59,500 nucleotides of DNA, filler included, from 2 parts of 2 records of this genome joined end to end with filler, not necessarily neighbours in it; one strand, 5' to 3'; shown: positions 18,561-29,915, counted from the first letter of the whole stretch. The notes: a model not told the origin generated them from the sequence alone. Translations and numbers: made by a program.

Positions 18561-20039
18561 ATGGCGACTAGCAGTCAGATTATTCCCGTTGAGCCTTTTG
18601 ACTATGTGGTCTTTGGCGCCACAGGCGATCTCACCGAACGCAAGCTGCTTCCGGCACTTTATCATCGCCAGCTTGCCGGCCAGTTTACCGAACCGACTCG
18701 AATCATCGGTGCATCACGCTCCGAACTGACATCCGAGGAGTTTCGAAAGCACGCTCAACAGGCGCTGAAAGAGCACCTGAAAAAGGGCGAGTATGACGAC
18801 GCACAGATCGCCAAATTCCTCGCTCGAATCGAGTATGTTTCCGTCGATGCCACGAACAATCGTGGCTGGGAAGACCTGAAAAAACTGCTGGAAGAAGGCA
18901 AGGATCGCGTCCGGGCCTTCTACCTCGCTGTTGCGCCGAGTATTTTCGGCCCGATCTGTGATGGCGTTCGCGATCACAAACTGATCACCAAGCAGAGCCG
19001 CATCGTTGTTGAAAAACCACTCGGTCGCGACCTCGATTCCGCCCTTGAGCTGAACAACACTGTCGGCAAGGTTTTCAAGGAAGAGCAGATCTTCCGTATC
19101 GACCATTATCTCGGCAAGGAAACCGTTCAGAACCTGATGGCACTTCGTTTTGCCAATGCGCTTTACGAGCCGCTGTGGAACGCCAACCACATCGACCACG
19201 TGCAAATCACGGTGGCTGAAGAAGTTGGCCTTGAGGGCCGGGCCGGCTACTACGACAAGTCAGGCGCACTGCGCGACATGGTGCAGAACCACATATTGAA
19301 TGTACTCTGCATGGTCGCCATGGAGCCCCCCTATTCTATGGACGCAGAAGCCGTTCGCGACGAAAAGCTGAAGGTTCTGCGCTCGCTGAAACCAATCAAT
19401 GCAGACAATGCCGGCTACCTGACCGTTCGCGGCCAATATCGTGCAGGCGCATCGCGCGGCGGCCCGGTCAAAGGCTATCTGGAAGAGCTGGATGGCGAAT
19501 CCAACACCGAGACCTTTGTCGCCATCAAGGCCGAGATCGACAACTGGCGTTGGGCCGGAGTTCCATTCTACATCCGCACCGGCAAACGGCTTGCATCGCG
19601 CGTTTCGGAAATCGTTGTGACCTTCAAGCCGATCCCCCACTCCATTTTCGAGCCGAGTGCGGGCCGCGTTGTTGCCAATCAGCTGGTGCTGCGCGTTCAG
19701 CCGGATGAAGGTGTAAAGCAATGGCTGATGATTAAGTCGCCGGGTCAGGGCGGTATGCGCCTGCGTCACGTTCCCCTCGACATGACCTTTGCCCAGGCCT
19801 TCGATTCACGGAATCCGGATGCCTATGAGCGCCTTCTGCTTGACGTCATCCGGGCCAACCAGACGCTGTTCATGCGCCGTGACGAGGTGGAAATGGCCTG
19901 GAACTGGGTAGACCCCATCCTCAAGGCATGGGACGAAACCAGCCAGCCGGTTCAAACCTACACAGCCGGAACGTGGGGGCCGAGCAAATCGATCGCACTG
20001 ATCGAACGTGATGGCCGCACCTGGCACGAACCGGAATAA
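18561..20039 (+). CDS. zwf: Glucose-6-phosphate 1-dehydrogenase
   Basis: FGATGDL, EKPLG, RIDHYLGKE, RDMVQNH, RWAGVPFY; start placed at ATG 18561. Confidence 0.98.
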   Translation: MATSSQIIPVEPFDYVVFGATGDLTERKLLPALYHRQLAGQFTEPTRIIGASRSELTSEEFRKHAQQALKEHLKKGEYDDAQIAKFLARIEYVSVDATNNRGWEDLKKLLEEGKDRVRAFYLAVAPSIFGPICDGVRDHKLITKQSRIVVEKPLGRDLDSALELNNTVGKVFKEEQIFRIDHYLGKETVQNLMALRFANALYEPLWNANHIDHVQITVAEEVGLEGRAGYYDKSGALRDMVQNHILNVLCMVAMEPPYSMDAEAVRDEKLKVLRSLKPINADNAGYLTVRGQYRAGASRGGPVKGYLEELDGESNTETFVAIKAEIDNWRWAGVPFYIRTGKRLASRVSEIVVTFKPIPHSIFEPSAGRVVANQLVLRVQPDEGVKQWLMIKSPGQGGMRLRHVPLDMTFAQAFDSRNPDAYERLLLDVIRANQTLFMRRDEVEMAWNWVDPILKAWDETSQPVQTYTAGTWGPSKSIALIERDGRTWHEPE

Positions 20040-20056
20040 ACCAGCCGGGAGAGATC

Positions 20057-20755
20057 ATGACCAATAACATGCACAACTTTGAAAACGGTCCTGCTCTGGC
20101 TGATGCTCTGGCAGCAGCCGTTTCGGAAAAGCTTGCCGCCGCTATTGCTGACAAGGGAACGGCCTCACTGGCCGTTTCCGGTGGCTCTACGCCGAAGGCT
20201 TTTTTCAAAGCGCTTTCGACCGCACCGATTGACTGGGAAAACGTTCATGTGACGCTGGTTGACGAACGGTTTGTACCGGAAGACAACCCGCGCTCGAACC
20301 ATCTCCTGGTCAATGAAAACCTCTTGAATGGTCCGGCTGCCCGCGCACGTTTCATTCCGCTCTATCAGGCGGTTGAGACGGTCGAAGAAGCCGCCGAGAT
20401 CGTCACCAACAAGGTTTCAGCAGCCAGTCTTCCTTTCGATGTCGTGATCCTGGGTATGGGAACCGACGGCCACACCGCGTCGTTCTTTCCCGGTGGCGAC
20501 ACACTGGAAAAAGCACTCGACAGGAAAACACCTGCCGGTGTGATGGCGATGCATGCCGAAGGTGCCGGTGAAGCACGGATGACTTTTACATTTTCCAGCC
20601 TTGAGAATGCCGGTCTTCTGGTTCTTCATATCGAAGGCCAGAAGAAAATGGATGTTCTGAACAAGGCTCTGGGCGGTGATGATGAGGCGGAAATGCCCAT
20701 TCGCGCCGTTTTGAACAGAGCCTCTTCCCCTGTGGAGATCTACTGGGCGCCCTGA
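20057..20755 (+). CDS. pgl: 6-phosphogluconolactonase
   Basis: SGGSTP, VDERFVP, LGMGTDGHTASFFP; zwf-pgl-edd operon. Confidence 0.97.
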   Translation: MTNNMHNFENGPALADALAAAVSEKLAAAIADKGTASLAVSGGSTPKAFFKALSTAPIDWENVHVTLVDERFVPEDNPRSNHLLVNENLLNGPAARARFIPLYQAVETVEEAAEIVTNKVSAASLPFDVVILGMGTDGHTASFFPGGDTLEKALDRKTPAGVMAMHAEGAGEARMTFTFSSLENAGLLVLHIEGQKKMDVLNKALGGDDEAEMPIRAVLNRASSPVEIYWAP

Positions 20756-20806
20756 CAGTTCTGCCGGGCGCCTTCCTAACTTCAGTCTTGATGACAGGAA
20801 AAGCCC

Positions 20807-22627
20807 ATGACCGCCGATCCCCGTATAGCCCAGATTACAGCCCGCATTGTCGAGCGATCCAAACCAGCGCGCGAGGCCTATCTCGAGCGCGTCAATCAGG
20901 CGATTTCCAAGGGTGTTCACCGCTCGGTTCTCTCCTGCGGCAACCTCGCCCACGGCTTCGCCGTCTGTTCCCCCGCCGAGAAGCAGGAACTGGCTGGCGA
21001 CAGCGTTCCCAATCTCGGCATCATTACCGCATACAATGACATGCTTTCCGCGCATCAGCCGTTCGAGACGTTTCCGGCGATGATCCGGGAAGCCGCACGT
21101 GAGGCAGGCGGCGTTGCTCAGGTCGCCGGAGGTGTTCCTGCCATGTGCGATGGCGTGACACAGGGGCAGCCAGGCATGGAGCTGTCGCTGTTTTCGCGCG
21201 ATCTGATTGCCATGTCGGCCGCCGTCGGCCTGTCACACAACATGTTCGATGCGGCGGTTTATCTCGGCGTCTGCGACAAGATCGTTCCCGGCCTGACCAT
21301 GGCGGCCCTGACTTTCGGGCATCTGCCGACGGTCTTTATCCCGGCCGGACCAATGACCACAGGCCAGGGCAATGATGAGAAGTCACATATTCGTCAGCTT
21401 TATGCCGAAGGCAAGGTAGGCCGCAAGGAACTTCTGGAATCAGAATCGAAGTCATATCACGGTCCCGGCACCTGCACATTTTACGGTACAGCGAACTCCA
21501 ACCAGATGCTGATGGAGATGATGGGGCTTCACATGCCCGGTGCCTCCTTCATCAACCCGAATACGCCGCTGCGTGACGCACTGACGAAGGAAGCCACGAA
21601 GCGCGCCCTTGCCATCACAGCCAGCGGCAATGAGTTTACGCCTGTCGGCCAGATGATTGATGAGCGTTCGATCGTCAACGCCGTTGTCGGCCTTCACGCG
21701 ACCGGCGGATCGACCAACCACACCATGCATCTGGTCGCCATGGCTCGCGCTGGCGGCATCAAACTGACATGGCAGGATATCTCGGAGCTTTCCGATATCG
21801 TGCCGCTGATGGCACGCGTTTATCCCAACGGACAGGCAGATGTGAACCACTTCCACGCCGCTGGCGGCATGGGTTATCTGATCAAGCAGCTGTTGAAACT
21901 CGGTCTGCTGCATGACGATGTCCGTACCGTCTACGGCGAAGGTATGGAAGCTTATGCCATCGATGTGAAGCTCAATGACGACGGGACCATTCGCCGTGAA
22001 CCGATTGAAGACGGCAACAGTGCAGATCCGAAGGTTCTGGCGCGTTTCGACAAACCGTTCCAGCAGACCGGTGGCCTGAAAATGCTCACCGGCAACCTTG
22101 GCAAGGGCGTGATCAAGGTTTCCGCAGTCAAGCCGGAGCGCCGCCTCATTGAGGCACCGGCGCTGATTTTCCATGATCAACAGGAGCTGCAGGACGCCTT
22201 CAAAGCAGGTAAGCTGGATCGCGATTTCATCGCTATAGTGCGCTTTCAGGGACCGAAATCAAATGGCATGCCGGAGCTTCATCGCCTCACGCCGCCACTC
22301 GGCGTATTGCAGGACCGTGGTTACCAGGTTGCGCTGGTAACCGACGGACGCATGTCCGGCGCCTCCGGCAAGGTGCCTGCCGCCATTCACGTAACGCCGG
22401 AAGCCAAGGATGGCGGCCCGATCGCCAAAGTGCGTGAAGGCGATATGGTCCGTCTTGACGCTGAAAACGGAACGCTGGAGGTCCTGATGGACAGCGCCGA
22501 GTTCGAAGCACGCGAACCGGTCACGGCCGACCTTTCTCATAACAGCTATGGTATGGGCCGTGAGTTGTTTGCCCCGTTCCGCTATTATGTTGGCACGGCC
22601 GATGAGGGTGCCAGCGTTTTCGGGTAA
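20807..22627 (+). CDS. edd: Phosphogluconate dehydratase
   Basis: [59 protein letters not shown]. Confidence 0.98.
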   Translation: MTADPRIAQITARIVERSKPAREAYLERVNQAISKGVHRSVLSCGNLAHGFAVCSPAEKQELAGDSVPNLGIITAYNDMLSAHQPFETFPAMIREAAREAGGVAQVAGGVPAMCDGVTQGQPGMELSLFSRDLIAMSAAVGLSHNMFDAAVYLGVCDKIVPGLTMAALTFGHLPTVFIPAGPMTTGQGNDEKSHIRQLYAEGKVGRKELLESESKSYHGPGTCTFYGTANSNQMLMEMMGLHMPGASFINPNTPLRDALTKEATKRALAITASGNEFTPVGQMIDERSIVNAVVGLHATGGSTNHTMHLVAMARAGGIKLTWQDISELSDIVPLMARVYPNGQADVNHFHAAGGMGYLIKQLLKLGLLHDDVRTVYGEGMEAYAIDVKLNDDGTIRREPIEDGNSADPKVLARFDKPFQQTGGLKMLTGNLGKGVIKVSAVKPERRLIEAPALIFHDQQELQDAFKAGKLDRDFIAIVRFQGPKSNGMPELHRLTPPLGVLQDRGYQVALVTDGRMSGASGKVPAAIHVTPEAKDGGPIAKVREGDMVRLDAENGTLEVLMDSAEFEAREPVTADLSHNSYGMGRELFAPFRYYVGTADEGASVFG

Positions 22628-22653
22628 CCAGCAAGGCCAGTGAAGAGCTCTAT

Positions 22654-22684
22654 AGCGGCGTGAACCTTGTTCGCGCCGCTTTTC
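22654..22684 (+). terminator. Intrinsic terminator after edd
   Basis: AGCGGCGTGAAC-CTT-GTTCGCGCCGCT stem followed by TTT. Confidence 0.65.
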
Positions 22685-22768
22685 CTTATGCTACTGTCAT
22701 GATCACATCATCAGAGGCACCTATAGGCACCGCTGACGTCAGACGCATTTCAGGGAGTACTTTTCCAG

Positions 22769-24130
22769 ATGACCGGACTATCCATTCGCCGCCGCACCAT
22801 GCTGACATTACTGGCTTCAGCTTCCGCCCTGTCAGTTTTGGGGCTACCTCCCGTTAAGGCTGAAGACGCTGCGGGCATCAATTTCATTATTATGGCGGAT
22901 CTTCACTCAGCCTATGATCGCACAGGCCAGTTGCTGGCGGCAGTCGAAAACCAGATCGCCGAAAGCCACCTGCCCTCAATCATCATTATCAATGGAGACC
23001 TGTTCGAGAAAGGCAACGTCGTTGCCGATCGCTCAAATGGCGAGATCGATTGGACTTTTCTCAAGGCGCTGACCGAAGAAGCGCCGGTCGTTTTCAATAT
23101 CGGCAATCATGAGCCGGATTTTGATACCGATCTCGCCAACTTCGTGACCCGCGCACAAAAACTCGGTGTGACTGTGCTGACCAACATCACGGATAGTCGC
23201 ACCGGCAAACTTTACGCACCCGCATCGGCCACACTCGATATCAATGGCCAGCCAGTCACCTTTGCCGCCATTGGCGTCGACAATCTCTTCACTTACCCTG
23301 AGGCAACGCGCGAGCAGATATCGGTACCCTTACCGGTAAAATGGGCGCGCGAAAATCTCGGCCAGCTCTTGCAGGCAGGTCATGTCAATATTGTGCTGAG
23401 CCATGCCGGCGTCGTGCCGGACAAAGCGATTTTACCGTTGCTGCCCGATGGAACGCTCATGGTCGGTGGTCATGACCACCTCAACATCGAGCATAAGGAA
23501 GGGAACAGCCGTTACCTCCACACCGGTTGCTGGTCGACAGCCTGCACTCTTGCCAATATTGCCGAACCGGGAAAAGCTGCTGTGTTTACGCGGATCGATA
23601 TCGACGCGGACGCCGCCCCCTCTGAGAAACTGGCGGACCTGATACCTGCCGTCATGGCCATCCACCTTACCGATGAAGATACTGAAATCGTCGGGTACAC
23701 CAATGAAGCCATGACAAATGACGAGACGGGCCTGTTCGTCGCGGCGGCATTGGCCAGGGCCGCCGGTGGCGATATCGGTTTTATCGGTCACACGACATTT
23801 GGTGCAGGTCTGCCGAAAGGCCCCGTCAGCCGTTATGTTTTTGATTCATCCCTGCGCTTTGACGGTGGCCTGAAGAAAGCAGAAGTTGACACAGAGACGC
23901 TGAAGGCGATCCTGCAACGCTGCAACCAGTTCGGCGCCTTTCCGTTTGTCGACAGGACGGGGGACTATCTCTATGCGGCGCCTGACGTGAAGAACCGGAA
24001 AATCTTCACAATCGTGTGTAATGGCTGGTCTGCGATGAACGCAGAAAGCTACTTTGGCCGGAATGATATGGCGTTTTCGGATGTACCTGACCTGCAGGTC
24101 GGGGAGGTCGCGCTTGCTGCCTTAAAATGA
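22769..24130 (+). CDS. Metallophosphoesterase / 5'-nucleotidase family, Tat-type signal
   Basis: DLH, NGD, GNHE, SHAG, GGHDH calcineurin-like motifs; N-terminal SIRRRTML plus hydrophobic stretch ending VKA. Confidence 0.85.
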   Translation: MTGLSIRRRTMLTLLASASALSVLGLPPVKAEDAAGINFIIMADLHSAYDRTGQLLAAVENQIAESHLPSIIIINGDLFEKGNVVADRSNGEIDWTFLKALTEEAPVVFNIGNHEPDFDTDLANFVTRAQKLGVTVLTNITDSRTGKLYAPASATLDINGQPVTFAAIGVDNLFTYPEATREQISVPLPVKWARENLGQLLQAGHVNIVLSHAGVVPDKAILPLLPDGTLMVGGHDHLNIEHKEGNSRYLHTGCWSTACTLANIAEPGKAAVFTRIDIDADAAPSEKLADLIPAVMAIHLTDEDTEIVGYTNEAMTNDETGLFVAAALARAAGGDIGFIGHTTFGAGLPKGPVSRYVFDSSLRFDGGLKKAEVDTETLKAILQRCNQFGAFPFVDRTGDYLYAAPDVKNRKIFTIVCNGWSAMNAESYFGRNDMAFSDVPDLQVGEVALAALK

Positions 24131-24174
24131 ACACATCCCATGCATTAAAAAAACATATCACATGAATAATTGGC

Positions 24175-24203
24175 AAGGATCGGGAACTTTCCCGATCTTT
24201 TTT
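24175..24203 (+). terminator. Intrinsic terminator after the metallophosphoesterase
   Basis: GATCGGGA/TCCCGATC stem followed by T6. Confidence 0.65.
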
Positions 24204-24358
24204 CGTTGAGGGGTAGAGGGTAATTCAAGCGAATTCTAAACTGTGCCATTTGCGCCACGGCGCTCACGAAATAAAACGCTCGTGACACACAGTTTAATTG
24301 ATCGTTTGAACTTAAGCGCCTATGTACTTTCCATCGATACAACTCAAGGAGTGAAGTT

Positions 24359-25021
24359 ATGAAAAATATTCTTCTCGCTTCCGCCGCTGTCGTTGCTATG
24401 TCTGGATCAGCTTTTGCTGCCGACGTTGTTATGCAGCCACAGCCGAGCGAACCCTATATCGCACCTGTAGCTACCCCGCAGAGCTTTAACTGGTCTGGCT
24501 GGTATCTCGGTGCCACCGGTGGTTATGACTGGGCACACACCAAGCTCCAGAACAGCATGGGTATGAGCAGCGGCGACTATGGTGGCGTCAAGCTTGGTGG
24601 CTTTGGCGGCTACAATTACGATTTTGGCAATAATGTCGTTGTCGGTGTCGAAGGTGAATTTGACTACAACATCGACAACCAAAAGAGTCTCGGCATTGCT
24701 GAATTCGGCTATGACTGGGAAGGCTCGGTACGGGGCCGCCTCGGTTACGCATTCGACAACGCCCTGCTTTACGGTACTGCCGGTTGGGCCATTGCCAATG
24801 GCTATGCTGAAGGATCCGGCGTAAGCACCGAGAACCAGTCATTTAATGGCTACACGGTTGGCGCTGGTCTCGACTATGCCTTCACAAACAACGTCTTTGG
24901 CCGTGTTGAGTACCGCTACACGGACTTTGGCAGCCATGACCTCGGTGGTGCTTTCGAGGGTACCAAGGCAAAGGACTTCACCTCCAACCGCATCATGACC
25001 GGTGTTGGTGTGAAGTTCTAA
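24359..25021 (+). CDS. Omp25/RopB family outer-membrane beta-barrel protein
   Basis: Signal ending SAFAAD, FNWSGWYLGATGGY, GSVRGRLGYAFDNALLYGTAG, RVEYRYTDFG, C-terminal VKF. Confidence 0.93.
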   Translation: MKNILLASAAVVAMSGSAFAADVVMQPQPSEPYIAPVATPQSFNWSGWYLGATGGYDWAHTKLQNSMGMSSGDYGGVKLGGFGGYNYDFGNNVVVGVEGEFDYNIDNQKSLGIAEFGYDWEGSVRGRLGYAFDNALLYGTAGWAIANGYAEGSGVSTENQSFNGYTVGAGLDYAFTNNVFGRVEYRYTDFGSHDLGGAFEGTKAKDFTSNRIMTGVGVKF

Positions 25022-25039
25022 TCTGCCACAGAACATGGA

Positions 25040-25107
25040 TGGCCGGCTCCTCCCTAGAATCCGTCGGCCAACCTCCCAAAGCCCGCCTGCCCCCAGGCGG
25101 GCTTTTT
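25040..25107 (+). ncRNA. Candidate 3'UTR-derived sRNA with anti-SD motifs, ending in the porin terminator
   Basis: TGGCCGGC/GTCGGCCA hairpin with TCCTCCCT loop, ACCTCCC linker, then terminator. Confidence 0.45.
25078..25107 (+). terminator. Intrinsic terminator after the porin gene
   Basis: AAAGCCCGCCTG-CCCC-CAGGCGGGCTTT followed by TT. Confidence 0.85.
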
Positions 25108-25183
25108 ATGGTTGCTTCCCGGTAATAAGATGCCACGCGGCAAAAGCCGCAAGCGAACCAGCACTACGCGAACGACCGGATGC

Positions 25184-25218
25184 AAAAAGGCCCTGCCTTT
25201 CTGAAAAGCCAGGGCCTT
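25184..25218 (-). terminator. Intrinsic terminator after aglK
   Basis: AAGGCCCTG/CAGGGCCTT stem with A5 on the + strand (T-tail on the minus strand). Confidence 0.65.
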
Positions 25219-25245
25219 ACTTGTTTCTGGGATTTGCTGAGCGTC

Positions 25246-26343
25246 TCAGCGATACAAGTAGCTTCGCCCCTTTTCATCGAAGAGGTGGAGCTTCGGACCA
25301 TCCGCCGTAAAACGCATCGAATCTCCGGTTTTCACCTCGTGAATACCCGGAAGCTTAACGATGATCGGGTCATCCTCGACAAGCTCACCCTCGATATAGA
25401 TCAACGTGACCTCGCCGAGCGCTTCACTGATGGCAACCTTGCCTTCAAACAGGAAGTCCTCACCCTCGGCGGCCTGCCGCACATCCTCTGGCCGAACTCC
25501 AAAGCTTGCTGTTGCACCCTTGTCAGACTCTGCGGTTTTAACCGGAATCTCAAAGCGCGTTCCATCACGCAACTCGACTTCCGTTGTCTCTCCCGTGCGG
25601 GTAATCGTCACCGGCATGACGTTCATCGCCGGAGAGCCAATGAACTGCGCGACAAACAGGTTCGAGGGGCGCTCATAGAGCTCAAGCGGGGCACCGACCT
25701 GCTCGATATATCCACCCGAGAGAACAACAATCCTGTCAGCAAGCGTCATGGCCTCGACCTGATCGTGCGTCACGTAGATCATCGTCGTGTCTGGCATTGA
25801 CTCATTCAGCCTGGCGATCTCGATGCGGGTTGCAACGCGCAATGCTGCGTCAAGGTTCGAAAGCGGTTCGTCAAAGAGGAAGACCTTCGGATCGCGACAA
25901 ATCGCACGGCCAATGGCCACGCGTTGACGCTGACCACCGGAAAGCGCCTTCGGGAGACGATCGAGGTAAGGCGTGATCTGCAGCATGTCTGCCGCTGCAC
26001 GCACGCGCCTGTCGATCTCCTCCTTGCTTTCCTTGGCGATGCGCATACCGAACGCCATGTTATCATAAACCGACATGTGCGGATAAAGCGCATAGGTTTG
26101 GAAAACCATGGCGATACCGCGCTTGGATGGCGGGATCTGGTTCACCACTTGCCCGTCAATCGAGATCTTGCCGCCGGAAATATCTTCAAGCCCTGCGATC
26201 ATCCGCAAAAGCGTGGATTTCCCGCAGCCCGAAGGCCCGACAAAGACGACGAACTCGCCGGGCTCGATCTCAAGATCAATCCCGTGCAGCACTTCGACAT
26301 TGCCGTATTTTTTCTTGACCTGTTCAAGAGTAACGCCTGTCAT
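25246..26343 (-). CDS. aglK: Sugar ABC transporter ATP-binding protein (MalK/AglK type)
   Basis: GPSGCGKS Walker A, LSGGQRQRVAIGRA, FLFDEPLSNLDAALR, YVTHDQVEAM; directly downstream of an alpha-glucosidase. Confidence 0.88.
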   Translation of the reverse strand: MTGVTLEQVKKKYGNVEVLHGIDLEIEPGEFVVFVGPSGCGKSTLLRMIAGLEDISGGKISIDGQVVNQIPPSKRGIAMVFQTYALYPHMSVYDNMAFGMRIAKESKEEIDRRVRAAADMLQITPYLDRLPKALSGGQRQRVAIGRAICRDPKVFLFDEPLSNLDAALRVATRIEIARLNESMPDTTMIYVTHDQVEAMTLADRIVVLSGGYIEQVGAPLELYERPSNLFVAQFIGSPAMNVMPVTITRTGETTEVELRDGTRFEIPVKTAESDKGATASFGVRPEDVRQAAEGEDFLFEGKVAISEALGEVTLIYIEGELVEDDPIIVKLPGIHEVKTGDSMRFTADGPKLHLFDEKGRSYLYR

Positions 26344-26360
26344 TTTTCGCCCCTTTCCCT

Positions 26361-27840
26361 TTATTCTCCGTGGCGGGCGAAATAACCGCCCCAGGCAGGA
26401 AGTGTGATGGAATTGCCCGCAGCTTCGAAAGCGAAACCGTGGTCATCGCGTGTAAAGGCGGCCCAGTTGCCCTCGGGCAATGTGGCCGTCATTGGCGCCT
26501 CCGACATATTGAAAACGCACAGCAGTCTCTCTCCGGCATCCTCCCGGGAAAAAATCAGCAGATCTTCATTGGCGGACGGATAAAACCGAATGCTGCCCTT
26601 GGCAAAAGCCGGATGTGCCTTTCTGAAGGCAAGAAACCGGCGATATTGCTCAAGCACGGAGTCAGGGTTTCCTTCCTGAACATCCACCGCTTTCATGACG
26701 TGATCGCGGGAAACCGGAAGCCAGGTCTTTTCTGCGGTTGAAAAGCCGGCATTTACTGCACCGGCCTGCCAGGCCATCGGCGTGCGGCAACCATCGCGCC
26801 CTTTGAACTCCGGCCAGAACTCAATACCATAAGGATCCTGAAGGTCCTCAAACGCAACGTCTGCTTCATTCAGCCCAAGCTCTTCACCCTCGTAAAGGCA
26901 GATCGAACCTTTAAGGGTCATCAACAGGGCGCCCAGCATTTTCGCATAGGAGAGCGTGTCGGAAATACCGCCGCCCCAGCGGGTAATGTGACGGACGACA
27001 TCGTGGTTTGAAAAGGCCCAACAGGCCCAGCCTTCCGGTGCGGCAGCATCAAAAGCGTTGATGGAGTCGACCACACGCTTCGGCGTCACACGTTGCGGTG
27101 CGAGGAATTCAAACGCGTAGCACATCTGCATCTTGTCATCGCCGGATGTATACTCACCAACGATTTCAAGACCGCGCTGGGCGTCTCCCACTTCGCCAAC
27201 GGCAGCAATTGCCGGATATTCATCCATCACCGCACGCAAGCGCTTCAGGAATGCCAGATTCTCGGGCTGGCTCTTGTCGTAGCGATGTTCCTGATAATTA
27301 TAAGGGTTCACCGCAGGCGCGGTGCTGTCATTTCGAAGCTCAACAGGCAGAGCCGGATTGCTCCTGAGCTGCTTGTCGCAGAAATAGAAATTGATCGTGT
27401 CAAGACGGAAACCATCAACGCCGCGTTCCAACCAGAAGCGGGCAACATCAAGAAGCGCGTCCTGCACATCGCTGTTGTGGAAATTCAGGTCAGGCTGCGA
27501 CACCAGAAAATTGTGCATATAGTACTGAAGGCGCCGAGAATCCCACTGCCATGCCGAGCCGCCGAAAATCGACAGCCAGTTGTTCGGTGGCGAGCCATCG
27601 GGATTGGCATCGGCCCAGACATACCAGTCCGCTTTTTGGTTATCGCGCCCGGACCGGCTTTCGACAAACCAGGGATGCTGATCGGAGGTGTGTGACAACA
27701 CCAGGTCGATCATAATCTTGAGGCCCAGTTTATGGGCTTTCGAAATCATCGCGTCGAAATCGGCAAGCGTACCGAACATCGGATCGATATCGGTGTAGTT
27801 CGATACATCGTAGCCGAAATCCTTCATCGGCGAGGTGAAG
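26361..27840 (-). CDS. aglA: GH13 alpha-glucosidase (N-terminus cut by the gap)
   Basis: SPMKDFGYDVSNY, DLVLSHTSDQHPWF, GVDGFRLDT, VGEV, SNHD, GRDGCRTPM; frame runs into the N-gap. Confidence 0.9.
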
Positions 27841-27940
27841 NNNNNNNNNNNNNNNNNNNNNNNNNNNNNNNNNNNNNNNNNNNNTTAATTAATTAANNNN
27901 NNNNNNNNNNNNNNNNNNNNNNNNNNNNNNNNNNNNNNNN
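27841..27940. other. Artificial contig spacer (44 N + TTAATTAATTAA + 44 N)
   Basis: Symmetric N-runs around a self-complementary 12-mer that gives stops in all six frames; abrupt change in GC and taxonomy on either side. Confidence 0.98.
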
Positions 27941-29906
27941 CCGGAAGTAGATCCTCTGCGCTCCAAGCTTCACCTGATTTTTTCCAAAGCATAAGCGTTG
28001 CGTAGATTTTGTTTTTAGCCTCTGGCGAAAATTCAGCAGACACATTGATCACCGCGCTGTCATCTGCCACCGGATGCAAATCGGTTTTCTCTATTACATC
28101 AACATCTTCCCACCCAGAAAGCGGCACCATAGCAAGTTGATATTGCCCATTATCAATGATGGTCGCAGTGTAATCTCCAACTTTTTGAGTGCTTTGCTCA
28201 ATTGTTTTTCCATCTATCTCAGGAAGTGAATAATGGCCAAGGTGCATCGCTACAGGAACCTCACTGGTCTGCTTATCTACTCGTAAAATGCCGTTTGCTA
28301 AAGGAATGTCAACCAACTGCATATGCACCTGATCATTGGTCTCCAAAACCGCATCGCGGTAATATTTTCCGTCTTCATATTTTTTGAAAGTATATAGACG
28401 CCACGGCTCCCATTCTTCTTTTGCATTTTTAAAAACGTAATTCATCGAGATGGTACCGTCCGCGTCATCAGCTTGCCAAGGAAATGCCGAGTTATACGAC
28501 AACTTATTATAGTTCTCACTACTGCGGAAGCCTTGCCAATCATGTGCTTTTCGCTCGTGACACCAGGCTCTGATTTCTGAAGCTCCAATCCCGGGATAAT
28601 TGGTTAGCAAAACGTTTGAAGCTGCTTGAAATTTGTTATACACCGCATCATCTTTAAAGCGTGATGCCCAGGGTCCTTCATTTTCGGTCGCGGTCCAGAA
28701 CGCATTATCATCCGGAAGTAATAATCCTAAAAAGGCTTTCCCCATCCAGAAGACGCTACCGCGCGTGCTGTAATTCTGTACTGCAGGCTCAAAATGATCA
28801 TAGAAGCCTAAAGTTGGAATTCGATCTTTTAAAAACTCAGGATTCTTTAAGAATTGAAGCAACACCCCAGAAGAAATACGACGCAACCAGCCCAAATTAA
28901 TCGTGTCGTCATCAAGCGTTCCTGCAAAAGGAAACGGACTCATAGACGCGATGCGATAACTTATACTTCGCCCGAACATGATCATTTGGCCGTCTTCAGA
29001 AAACATATATGGATAGTGATACACCAAATCTTGAAAATTGGTCTTAAAAGCCTTAGCGATCTCAGGGTAATGCGTGTTTCCGTATACCGATGCCCACATA
29101 GGTCCGTAGACCTGAAATGCCCACATACTGTAATAATCGTACGCAGGATGATCGTTATACCAGCCTTGGCCACGATAATCAGCCAGTGATTTGTTCAGAT
29201 ATTCTTCAAGTAAAGGTTTGTTTACTTCATATCCTTGCGCATCAAAAAAACTCAGCACAAAAATGTTGAAGAATTTCCAGTTCGAATCTACCGTAGGCCC
29301 ATCTCCATAACTCAGCATGGAAGCTGCTAAAGCATCTTTATCCTTCTGACTTAAAGGTTCCCAAAGGGTTTCCGGAGAAATAAATAAGGAAATTGCCAGC
29401 GCGCCATATTCAACAAGATTCTGACTTGGGCCGCCATTGCCTCGTGGTTTGATAAACGCCTCACTTTCGGGATTTGCCAACTTCGGAATTTGATGCTGGT
29501 AATATTCGGCTACTTTGATTCCGTTTAAGGTAAGGCCCGGTTCCTTTTTAAGTAAGGGTGCAGCGACAAATAACGTACGTACGAGACCTTCTAATTTCTC
29601 CGTAGGAACCCTGCTTATATCGTGCGGATAACTCTTTCCGGGAAGTTTAGGAAACTTCATCGGGTCATCTAGATCATCAATATAACTAAAGGCTCCTTCG
29701 AGCAAATAGCGCGCTGCATCTTCCCAATGTTTACGCGTCATTCCCGTCATTGGGCTCAATTCATAATCCGGAGCTTCTACCTTAAAAAGCGGCATTTCAC
29801 CATCAACTTGCTTAGCAGGTTTTATTTTTTGAGCTTCAATAGAAGCCATAGTGAATAGCACCACACAAAAACCGGTGATGTTCTTTATTTTTTTTACTAA
29901 AATCAT
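27941..29906 (-). CDS. DUF2264 (GH154-like) protein with C-terminal extension, 3' end cut by the gap
   Basis: LEGLVRTLF, QNLVEYGALA, SNWKFF, GWYND, YDYYSMWAF, FGRSISYR, YSTRGSVFW; signal peptide. Confidence 0.8.
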
Positions 29907-29915
29907 AATTGTTAT

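Noticed and set aside
24290-24316. CtrA box upstream of the porin
   Set aside because: TTAA-N7 is followed by TTTG rather than TTAA; the match is too weak.
26361-29906. aglA and the long DUF2264 gene as pseudogenes or one operon
   Set aside because: Both are truncated only by the assembly gap and belong to different organisms.
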